Assembly (NCBI GenBank): GCA_041483195.1
Contig: JBGPFC010000012.1
Span: forward strand, 1-64,000
Source: Candidatus Eiseniibacteriota bacterium
Lineage (GTDB): Bacteria; Eisenbacteria; RBG-16-71-46
Length of the DNA stretch: 64,000 nt
Reading direction: 5' to 3'
The notes below the pieces were generated by a model, which ran no database searches, had not been told where the DNA came from, and saw only the letters and a program-made list of their open reading frames with translations. A program made the position numbers and the translations under genes. Shown piece by piece: positions 33,949 to 42,080 of this stretch (its first letter is position 1; each line of letters starts with the position of its first letter).

Positions 33949-35702
33949 TCGATCCTCGTGACCTTGCCCGTGGACTGATCGCCACTGGCCCGCACCTTGT
34001 AGAAGTACATTCCAGGAGGCGTCCCCCGCTCCACGTTCCAGATGAGCGAATGCGGGCCCGCCGCCAGCTCGCCGTCCGCGAGCGTGCGCACGAGCCGCCC
34101 GTCGATCGCGAAGATCTGGACCCTCACGTGGCCGGCTTGCGGGAGCGAGAAGGACAGAGCCAGCTGGTTGCGGAACGGATTCGGCGCGCTCCGCACCACG
34201 AACAGGCTGCCTCTCGCGATCGGCACATCGAGCGCGTCCGGGCAGTAGACCGCCGGGACGACCGGGGGCGAAGCGCAGTGGGCCTGGAACGTCGCGTCGT
34301 CGTCGATCTTGAGGGCCCCGGTCTTGAAGTCGTAGATGATGGTGTTCAGGATCGTGCCCTCGGTTCCGCGCCGGAAGTTGACGCCCGCCGTCGGCCCCGG
34401 GAACGCGGCGCCCGCGCGCTTGTCACCGATCATCGTCATGTTGCAGATGGTGGTGTTCGATCGTCCCGAGCACACGGTCGCGTTGAAGTCGAACTCGTTG
34501 TCGTCGGCTTCGATTCCCTTGTCGCCGCTCTGAGTGCCAGAGGGGGCGAAACGGGGACTCTGGCGCACGATCACGAACTGCGATCGGTTCCGGGTGCCGA
34601 GCTGCCAGTCGTAGCCGTCGTCGGTTCCATCGATGCCGATCAGGTACCTCGAGTCCATCTGGCCGCCGAACCACTCGAACGAGTCGTCGGCGCCCTGGAA
34701 CGCCTCGAGATGATCGGCGGTCGTGCCCCGCCCGCAGCCGTTGAACGTGAACGAGTTCAGCTCGTTGTTCGGCGTGATTTCCTTGCCCGAGAACTCCACC
34801 CGGACGTAGCGCAGCGTTCCGGAGTTGTCGTTGTCGTCGTTGCCCCCGTAGTAGCCGATCGAGCCGCCTTCCGAGGCCGCCGAGTCGCCGGCGCAGGAGT
34901 TGGCGACGTTGATCTTCGCCCGGCCGTTGATGACGATGCCGCCGCAGTGGCCGCGCGTGAACGAGCCAGGGGGGTCGTCGGAGGTGATGATGATCGGCGC
35001 CGCGGCCGTGCCGACCGCGAAGATCTGCCCGCCGCGTTCCGCCACGATCGTGCCGAGCGTCGCGAACTCCTCGAACACCACGTCGCCGGCCGGAATAGTG
35101 AGCGAGGACTGAGCCTTGATGCGAAGTTGCCCGCGGATCAGGTAGTTGCTGTCGGCCGCCCACACCTGAGGCGAATAGAGGTTGATGTTGTCGTAGATCG
35201 CCAGCGGACGCGGGCTGGGCATGCCGCTCAGGTGCAGATCCTGCCGGCTCGCGCCGGTCGAATCGTAGTAGGTCCAGCCCACCGTCCAGTCGTCGCCCGG
35301 ATTCGGGCCGATCGCGCCCGCGTAACAGGTCTGCTGGAAGAACCCGTCGTTCGGAACCTTCCTCGAATTGGCGTAGGCGGGGCTGCCGACTCCCGGCTGA
35401 AAGTTCGGAACGACGTTCGCCTTGTATGGGGCGTTGGGTAGCAGCGGATCGGCGTAGACGTTGTGGGTGTAGGTGACGGTGCCGAGCATCGCGGCGGTGA
35501 AGCCGGGAACGCATGCTGGCGCGCCGGCACCGGCCGCGCCGAGGAACTGGCCGGCCAGCGTGCCGCTGGCGTTGTTCTGGTAGAGCACGTTGCCGTCGAA
35601 CACCATCTGGGCGGATGCGCCGCCCGCGGTGAGCGCGAGCAGCCCGAGCGCGATCAATCCGCGCCTCACGGGTCCGAGTTCACCCTTCACGACGAAACGC
35701 AT
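33945..35702 (-). CDS. Secreted beta-helix-like protein with C-terminal FlgD/T9SS-like Ig domain
   Basis: Signal peptide; YGGNDDNDNSGTLRYVRVEFSG, DDSFEWFGG; C-terminal PNPFRNQ...IFAIDGRLVRTL...PGMYFY. Confidence 0.85.
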   Translation of the reverse strand: MRFVVKGELGPVRRGLIALGLLALTAGGASAQMVFDGNVLYQNNASGTLAGQFLGAAGAGAPACVPGFTAAMLGTVTYTHNVYADPLLPNAPYKANVVPNFQPGVGSPAYANSRKVPNDGFFQQTCYAGAIGPNPGDDWTVGWTYYDSTGASRQDLHLSGMPSPRPLAIYDNINLYSPQVWAADSNYLIRGQLRIKAQSSLTIPAGDVVFEEFATLGTIVAERGGQIFAVGTAAAPIIITSDDPPGSFTRGHCGGIVINGRAKINVANSCAGDSAASEGGSIGYYGGNDDNDNSGTLRYVRVEFSGKEITPNNELNSFTFNGCGRGTTADHLEAFQGADDSFEWFGGQMDSRYLIGIDGTDDGYDWQLGTRNRSQFVIVRQSPRFAPSGTQSGDKGIEADDNEFDFNATVCSGRSNTTICNMTMIGDKRAGAAFPGPTAGVNFRRGTEGTILNTIIYDFKTGALKIDDDATFQAHCASPPVVPAVYCPDALDVPIARGSLFVVRSAPNPFRNQLALSFSLPQAGHVRVQIFAIDGRLVRTLADGELAAGPHSLIWNVERGTPPGMYFYKVRASGDQSTGKVTRID

Positions 35703-35799
35703 TGCGCCTCCCTCGAGGATGTCTGGTGTGGATCTGCGTGGCGTGTCGCGCTGGCGGGTGCGTCAGGAGGAGGTTGCGGCCGCCTTCCGAACCGCGCGC

Positions 35800-35875
35800 A
35801 TGCTACGGGGCGTCCCGGGCGGGAGGCGTGACCGGCGCATGACCAAGCCGGAAACTTTTGTTAATGCGATGTGTC
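35800..35875 (-). promoter_or_regulatory. Pho-box-like promoter of the secreted protein-TonB receptor operon
   Basis: Minus strand GTCATG (35843) / GTCACG (35832) 11 bp apart, TAGCAT 27 bp downstream (35805); upstream pair GACACA (35875) / TTAACA (35864) also 11 bp apart. Confidence 0.65.
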
Positions 35876-35937
35876 GGGGTGGGGATCGCGGTGCGGGGAC
35901 GGCGAGGCGGGCGCGGAGGATGGGGACCGCGCGCCCT

Positions 35938-36279
35938 TCACTCCTCGGTCGCCACCCGGCGCTCGCGCTTCTTCACGGCCTCGCGCTTCTTCTCGCCCAG
36001 CCGTCGCTCGACCGCCGCGCGCGTGGGTCTGGTCGCGACCCGCGGCTTCCTGCGCGCGGCGCGGCGCTTGAGCTCCGCCCCCACGCGCTCGAGCGCGAGC
36101 ACGCGGTTGCGCAGCTGCGATCGCGACTCGGTGGCGATGCGCGTGATGCCGGTCGGGCGGTGGCGCACCCGCACGCTCGACTCGGTCTTGTTCTTCTTCT
36201 GCCCGCCCGGCCCCGACGACTTGAAGGGCGTGACGTCGCAGTCGCGCGCGAGGCGCTCGAGGTGAGGGGCGAGGCCCAC
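35938..36279 (-). CDS. Short RF-1 domain protein (ArfB-like ribosome rescue factor)
   Basis: SSGPGGQKKNKTESSVR, RSQLRNR, basic tail RVATRPTRAAVERRLGEKKR. Confidence 0.85.
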   Translation of the reverse strand: MGLAPHLERLARDCDVTPFKSSGPGGQKKNKTESSVRVRHRPTGITRIATESRSQLRNRVLALERVGAELKRRAARRKPRVATRPTRAAVERRLGEKKREAVKKRERRVATEE

Positions 36280-36284
36280 GGCGG

Positions 36285-37412
36285 CTACTCCAGCTGCTTG
36301 TGGAAACGCTGCACGCTGAACGTGAAGAACAACACGGCGAAGCCGAGCAGCGCGAGCGTCTGCGGCCACAGGGTCTCGATCCCGACGCCCTTGAGGATCA
36401 CGCCGCGCAGGATCTGGAGGAAGTAGGTGAGCGGCACGAGCCATCCGATGGCGTACGCGAAGAACGGCATCGCCTCGCGCGGGAACATGAAGCCCGACAG
36501 CATGATGTTGGGCAGCAGGAAGAAGATCGAGGACTGGATGGCCGCGCCCGCGGTCTGCGCCAGCGTCGAGACGAACAGCCCGAGCGACAGGCTCGCGGCG
36601 ATGAACACGAAAGCGACCAGGTAGATGAAGAGCAGGCTGCCGCGGATCGGCACGTGGAAGAGCAGCGAGCCGAGCACCAGCACGGCCGTCATCTGCACGT
36701 AGCCGACGATGATGTATGGCGCGATCTTGCCGAGCATGATCTCGGTGCGCGTGAGCGGCGTCACGATCAGCTGCTCGAGCGTGCCCGCCTCGCGCTCGCG
36801 CACGACCGCCAGCGCGGTGATGATGATGAGCATGTTCGAGAGCAGCACGCCGATGATGCCGGGCACGATGAAGAGCGGCGTCTTGAGCGCCGGGTTGTAG
36901 AGCGGGCGCACGCGCACGTCCACCGGCAGCCGGCTCTCGTTCAGCCCGCCGCCCGCGAGGCTCTGCACGATCTCGAGGTTCTTGCGCTGCCCCACCAGCT
37001 GCGCCGCGCCGATCGCGGCCTGCGATGCGGTGGGGTCGCTCGCGTCCACCAGCACCTGGACCTGGGCCGAGCGCCCGCGCTTGAGGTCGCGGGCGTAGTC
37101 CTCGGGAATGACGATCGCCGCGCGTGCTCGCCCGCGGTCGACGAGCCGGATCGCGTCCTCGTACGAGCTGGCGGGCGCGATCAGGCGGAAGTTCCCGGTG
37201 GCGTCGAAGCGCTGCACCAGCTCGCGGCTCTCCTGCGTCTGGCTGAAGTCAACGACCGTCGTGGGCAGGTGGCGCACGTCGAGGCTGATCGCATAGCCGA
37301 ACAGCACCAGCTGGATGACCGGCACGCCCAGCATCATCCGCAGCGTCGCGCGATCGCGCCGCATCTGGATGAACTCCTTCCAGAAGATCGCGCGCAGCCG
37401 CTCGCGGATCAT
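36285..37412 (-). CDS. ABC-2 type permease (YbhR/S-like)
   Basis: KEFIQMRRDR, QLVLFGYAISLDV, REREAGTLEQLIVTP, LSGFMFPREAMP. Confidence 0.93.
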   Translation of the reverse strand: MIRERLRAIFWKEFIQMRRDRATLRMMLGVPVIQLVLFGYAISLDVRHLPTTVVDFSQTQESRELVQRFDATGNFRLIAPASSYEDAIRLVDRGRARAAIVIPEDYARDLKRGRSAQVQVLVDASDPTASQAAIGAAQLVGQRKNLEIVQSLAGGGLNESRLPVDVRVRPLYNPALKTPLFIVPGIIGVLLSNMLIIITALAVVREREAGTLEQLIVTPLTRTEIMLGKIAPYIIVGYVQMTAVLVLGSLLFHVPIRGSLLFIYLVAFVFIAASLSLGLFVSTLAQTAGAAIQSSIFFLLPNIMLSGFMFPREAMPFFAYAIGWLVPLTYFLQILRGVILKGVGIETLWPQTLALLGFAVLFFTFSVQRFHKQLE

Positions 37413-38146
37413 CAGTTGGTCTCCTGCAGCTTCACGAAGATGTCCTCGAGCGTCATGTCCACGCCGAACGCGTGCCGCACCTCGGTCGGGGTGCCGATCG
37501 CGGTGAGGTGGCCCTTCGACAGGAATGCGAGGCGGTCGAAGCGCTCCGCCTCGTCCATGTAGTGGGTGGTCACGATGATGGTGGTGCCGGACTTCGCCAG
37601 CTCGTGCACGATCACCCAGAACAGCCGGCGCGCCGCGGGATCGACGCCGGCGGTGGGCTCGTCGAGGAACAGCACCGGCGGGTGGTGGAGCAGCGAGCAG
37701 CCGAGCGCGAGGCGCTGCTTGTTGCCGCCCGAGAGCGTGGCCGCGAGCTGCTTCGCGGCCTCGCCCAGACGCATCGCGTCCATCGCCCACTCGATGCGCT
37801 GGTTCGCGGTCGCGCCCAGCTCGTACACCCCGGCGTAGAAGCGCAGGTTCTCGGCCACGGTGAGGTCGCCGTAGAGCCCGAACTTCTGCGACATGTAGCC
37901 GATGCGCGACTTCACGGCGTCCGGGGTCTTCACCACGTCGACCCCCGCCACCGTCGCCTCGCCGCTGGTGGGCTTGAGCAGCCCGCACAGGACGCGGATG
38001 GCCGTGGTCTTGCCCGAGCCGTTGGGGCCGAGCATGCCGAAGATCTCGCCCGGCCGGATGTCGAGCGACACCCCCGCCACGGCCGTGAGGGTGCCGAACT
38101 TCTTCGTCAGCCCGCGGACGATGACGACCGGGCCGGCGTCATTCAT
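37412..38146 (-). CDS. ABC ATP-binding protein (YbhF-like)
   Basis: GPNGSGKTT, GYMSQKFGLY, LDEPTAGVDP, TTHYMDEAE. Confidence 0.95.
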   Translation of the reverse strand: MNDAGPVVIVRGLTKKFGTLTAVAGVSLDIRPGEIFGMLGPNGSGKTTAIRVLCGLLKPTSGEATVAGVDVVKTPDAVKSRIGYMSQKFGLYGDLTVAENLRFYAGVYELGATANQRIEWAMDAMRLGEAAKQLAATLSGGNKQRLALGCSLLHHPPVLFLDEPTAGVDPAARRLFWVIVHELAKSGTTIIVTTHYMDEAERFDRLAFLSKGHLTAIGTPTEVRHAFGVDMTLEDIFVKLQETN

Positions 38147-39116
38147 GGGCCCGGATCCGCGCGTCGGCGGGCAAGCCGGCCTTGAGCACGCCGCCGGTGG
38201 GGCCGACCACCACCTTCACGCCGAACACCAGGTTGTCCTGCTCCTCCTCGGTGAGCGCGGCGCGCGGCGTGAACTCGGCGTGGGTCGCGATCGAGACGAC
38301 GCGCCCGCTGAAGGTCTTGCCGGGCGCTCCGCGCGACACGATCTCGACCGGCGCGCCCAGCATGACCCTGCCGATCTTCGGCGCGCCGACGTACACGCGC
38401 ATCCACAGGCTGTCGGGATTGCCGAGCGTGAGCACCGGGAGCCCGGGCTGCGCCAGCTCGCCCGGCAGGAAATTCTTGAGCAGCACCACGCCCGAGATCG
38501 GCGCCGTGAGCACCAGCTCGCGCGCGCGGCTCCTCGCCCCCGCGAGCTGCGCATTCGCGGCCTCTGCCGACTTCTCGGCGGCCGCGATCTGCTCCCCGCG
38601 GCTGCCCGCCTCGAGCAGCGACAGGCGGCGGGCCGCCTCCTCGCGCCGCGCGATGGCGGCGTCGCGGTTCGATTCCGCGCGGTCGAGGTCCGACTGCGAT
38701 GCGACGCGGGTCGAGAACAGCGCCTCGGTGCGCGTCGCCTCGCTCTCCGCGAGCTTCGCCTGCGCGGTCGCGGCCTGGAGCGTCGCGCGCGCGGCCTGGA
38801 TCTCCGAGGGGCGCGGGCCCTGCTGGAGGTCGCGGAACTGCGCGAGCGCGCGCCCCGACTGCGCGACCTGCGCCGCCAGCTCGGCCAAGATCTCGCCGCG
38901 GTCGAGCACCACGAGCGTGTCGCCGCGGCGCACGCGATCGCCCTCGTTCACGGGGATGCGCAGCACGCGCCCGCCGGTGAGCGAGGCCACGTCCACCTCG
39001 TCCATCTCGATGGTGCCAGAGCCGCGCACGGTGTGGCCGGAGCCGGAACAGGATGAGAGTGTGACGAGCAGCGCGACGGCGACCGGCCGCACCCGCGCAT
39101 GCATTGACACAATCAT
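38139..39116 (-). CDS. HlyD/YbhG-family periplasmic adaptor
   Basis: SGTIEMDEV, biotinyl-like EGDRVRRGD, coiled coil, AEFTPR. Confidence 0.9.
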   Translation of the reverse strand: MIVSMHARVRPVAVALLVTLSSCSGSGHTVRGSGTIEMDEVDVASLTGGRVLRIPVNEGDRVRRGDTLVVLDRGEILAELAAQVAQSGRALAQFRDLQQGPRPSEIQAARATLQAATAQAKLAESEATRTEALFSTRVASQSDLDRAESNRDAAIARREEAARRLSLLEAGSRGEQIAAAEKSAEAANAQLAGARSRARELVLTAPISGVVLLKNFLPGELAQPGLPVLTLGNPDSLWMRVYVGAPKIGRVMLGAPVEIVSRGAPGKTFSGRVVSIATHAEFTPRAALTEEEQDNLVFGVKVVVGPTGGVLKAGLPADARIRAHE

Positions 39117-39237
39117 GCGGCTAGGTTGGAGGAAGCGGGGGAGGCGCGCAAGTCAGGCGCGCTTGTGGCCCGCCGCCCCCGGCCCGTATCCTGCCCCGCG
39201 ATCGGCCGCCTCATCCGTCCCGCACATCGGAGGCATC

Positions 39238-40638
39238 ATGCGTCTCGCGCCTCTAACGGTCGCCGCGCTCGCGCTCGCGCTGCTCGTCGCGCCCGCCCTG
39301 GCCGCGAGGAAGAAGCCGCGGCCCGCCGCGGCCCCCCCGGTCGCGGCCGCCGTCGCGCCTATGCTCACGCCCGCGCTGCTCAGGGTCGAGCGTCACACGC
39401 TCCCCAACGGGCTCGTCATCCTCACGCACGAGGATCACAGCGTGCCGGCCGTCGCGTTCTGGCAGTGGTTCAAGGTGGGCTCGCGCAACGAGCGGCCCGG
39501 CATCACCGGGATCTCTCACTTCTTCGAGCACATGATGTTCAACGGGTCGAGGAACGTGCCGCCCAAGATGTACGACCAGATCCTCGAGTCGAACGGCGGC
39601 TACTCGAACGCGTTCACCGACCGCGACATGACGGCGTACTACGAGGAGACCGCCTCCGACCGGCTCGGCACCTGCCTCTACCTCGACGCGGATCGCATGG
39701 CGTCGCTCTCGCTGCTGCCCGAGCAGCTGAAGAGCGAGATCGAGGTGGTCAAGGAGGAGCGCCGGCTCAGCACCGACAACAGCATCGCGGGCAAGCTCGA
39801 CGAGGCGCTGTGGGCGACCGCGTACTACGCCGCGCCCTACCGCTGGCCGGTGCTGGGATGGATGGGCGATCTCAACCGCATCCAGCGCGACGAGATGGTG
39901 GAGTACTTCCGCACCTACTACGCGCCGGACAACTGCATCATCGTGCTGACCGGCGACTTCGAGACCAGGACCGCGCTCGACAGCATTCGCGCGTACTTCG
40001 GCGGCATCCCGTCGCAGCCGCCGCCCGTGCCGCCCATCAACTCGGAGCCCGAGCAGACCGGCGAGCGCCGGGTGGACGTGCACTACCCCGCGCAGAACGT
40101 CTCGTTCGACATGGGCTACAAGGCGCCGAACGTGAAGAGCGCGGACACGCCGGTGCTCGACGTGATCTCATCGATCCTCTCCGATGGCGAGTCGTCGCGG
40201 CTCCACCAGGCGCTGGTGTACGAGAAGCAGATCGCGCTCGCCGTGTTCACGTCGTTCCAGTCACGCATCGATCCCGGGCTCTTCGAGTGCTACGTCGAGA
40301 TGCGCCCCGGCAAGACAGCGGCCGAAGGCGAGGCGGCGGTGGACGAGGCGCTCGATCGCCTCGCGAAGGACGGACCCACCGATCGCGAGCTCACCAAGGC
40401 CAAGAACCTGCTCGAAGCCGGCTTCGTCAAGGCGCTCAAGACCAACAACGGCGTGGGCCAGACGCTGGGCTACTACGAGCACGTGTTCGGCGACTACAAC
40501 GAGATGTTCAAGGCGCTCGACCGCTACCACGCGGTGACCGCCGCCGACGTGAAGCGCGTCGCGAAGCAGACGTTCGACTCCAGGCTGCGCACGATCGCCG
40601 TGCTGGTGCCCGAGAGCGAGCCGGAGGCCAAGCCATGA
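39238..40638 (+). CDS. M16 family zinc peptidase, active subunit
   Basis: GSRNE, HFFEHMMFNGS (HxxEH), VKEERR; signal peptide; GGAGG RBS. Confidence 0.95.
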   Translation: MRLAPLTVAALALALLVAPALAARKKPRPAAAPPVAAAVAPMLTPALLRVERHTLPNGLVILTHEDHSVPAVAFWQWFKVGSRNERPGITGISHFFEHMMFNGSRNVPPKMYDQILESNGGYSNAFTDRDMTAYYEETASDRLGTCLYLDADRMASLSLLPEQLKSEIEVVKEERRLSTDNSIAGKLDEALWATAYYAAPYRWPVLGWMGDLNRIQRDEMVEYFRTYYAPDNCIIVLTGDFETRTALDSIRAYFGGIPSQPPPVPPINSEPEQTGERRVDVHYPAQNVSFDMGYKAPNVKSADTPVLDVISSILSDGESSRLHQALVYEKQIALAVFTSFQSRIDPGLFECYVEMRPGKTAAEGEAAVDEALDRLAKDGPTDRELTKAKNLLEAGFVKALKTNNGVGQTLGYYEHVFGDYNEMFKALDRYHAVTAADVKRVAKQTFDSRLRTIAVLVPESEPEAKP

Positions 40639-42050
40639 GCCGCGCAGCCGGCATGCAGACGCGCACCCGCGCGGCCGGCGGCGCGGCCGCCCGCGCCACG
40701 GCGATCGCGCTGCTCGCGATCGCGGCGCCGGCCGCCGCGCTTCCGGTCCGGCTGCCCGCCTATCAGAAGGCCACGCTCAAGAACGGCCTCACCGTGTACG
40801 TCATGCCCACCGCCCGGCTGCCGCTGGTGGACTTCCGGCTGGTGGCGCGCGCCGGGTCGGTGAACGACCCCGCCGGGAAGGAGGGCCTCGCGAGCCTCAC
40901 CGCCGACCTCCTCACCCAGGGCGCCGGACCGCGCAGCGCGAAGCAGATCGCCGAGGACATCGCGTTCGTGGGCGGATCGCTCGATGCCTCCGCCTCGGCC
41001 GAGCAGACCGTCGTCACATGCGAGGTGCTGAAGCGGGACTTCACGACCGGGCTCGAGCTGTTCCACGACGTGATCGTGGCGCCCACGTTTCCCGCAGAAG
41101 AGTTCGCGCGCAAGCACGACGAGACGCTCGGGGCCCTCGCGAGCGAGAAGGACGATCCCGGAACGGTCGCCGACCACGCGCTCGGCACGTTCCTGCTGGG
41201 AGCGAGCCCGCTCGCGCACCCCGCGATCGGGTGGGAGAAGTCGGTGAAGGCGCTGACGCGCGATGACCTGGTGGCGTTCCACGGCGAGCAGATGGTTCCC
41301 GACAACGCGATCCTCGCGGTGGTGGGAGACGTGAACGGCGCGGACGTCCTCGCGGCGCTGGAGCGGGCGTTCTCGGACTGGAAGCCGTCCGGCAAGCCGC
41401 ACCCGATTCCCTATCAGCCGCTGGTCCGCGTGAGCGGGCGCGCGGTGCGCATCGTCAGCAAGCCCGAGGTGACGCAGACGCAGATCCGCATGGCGTGCCC
41501 CGGCGTCGCGCGCAACCACCCGGACTACTTCCCGATCGTGGTGGTGAACACCATTCTCGGCGCGGGCTTCACCTCGCGGCTGGTGAACGAGATCCGCGTG
41601 GTGCAGGGGCTGACCTACAGCATCAACAGCCGCTTCACCATGTATCGCAACGCCGGCGTGTACGGCGTCACCACCTTCACGCGCAACGAGACGCTGCGGA
41701 AGTGCATCGACGAGACCATCAAGGTGATCAAGACGCTGATCGATCAGGGCCCGAGCGATGAGGAGCTGGCCAAGGCGAAGCGCTACCTGACCGGCCTGTT
41801 CCCGCTGCGCCTGCAGGCGCCGGACGCGCTCGCCGCCCAGCTGCTCGACATGGACTTCTACGCGCTCGATCCGCACTACGTCGAGAACTACAGCGACCGG
41901 ATCAACGCCGTCACCATGACCGACTGCCGCCGCGCGCTGAAGTCGTACTTCTGCACGGACGACCTGAAGATCCTGGTGGTGTCGAACCCGGATTCGGCAA
42001 CGGCCGCGCTCTCGGGGCTCGGGCCGATCGACGTGAAGCCGATCGAGTAG
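40635..42050 (+). CDS. M16 family peptidase, non-catalytic partner subunit
   Basis: GLASLTADLL (no HxxEH), SRLVNEIRVVQGLTY (R-Y pair); ATGA overlap. Confidence 0.9.
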   Translation: MSRAAGMQTRTRAAGGAAARATAIALLAIAAPAAALPVRLPAYQKATLKNGLTVYVMPTARLPLVDFRLVARAGSVNDPAGKEGLASLTADLLTQGAGPRSAKQIAEDIAFVGGSLDASASAEQTVVTCEVLKRDFTTGLELFHDVIVAPTFPAEEFARKHDETLGALASEKDDPGTVADHALGTFLLGASPLAHPAIGWEKSVKALTRDDLVAFHGEQMVPDNAILAVVGDVNGADVLAALERAFSDWKPSGKPHPIPYQPLVRVSGRAVRIVSKPEVTQTQIRMACPGVARNHPDYFPIVVVNTILGAGFTSRLVNEIRVVQGLTYSINSRFTMYRNAGVYGVTTFTRNETLRKCIDETIKVIKTLIDQGPSDEELAKAKRYLTGLFPLRLQAPDALAAQLLDMDFYALDPHYVENYSDRINAVTMTDCRRALKSYFCTDDLKILVVSNPDSATAALSGLGPIDVKPIE

Positions 42051-42051
42051 C

Positions 42052-42079
42052 GACGGGGCGGGGAAGGCACGCCCCCGTC
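42052..42079. terminator. Hairpin between convergent genes
   Basis: GACGGGGCG ... CGCCCCCGTC. Confidence 0.45.
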
Positions 42080-42080
42080 C

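Noticed and set aside
38182..42050. Extended 818-aa and 974-aa M16 ORFs
   Set aside because: True starts at 39238 and 40635; the extensions are shadow sequence.
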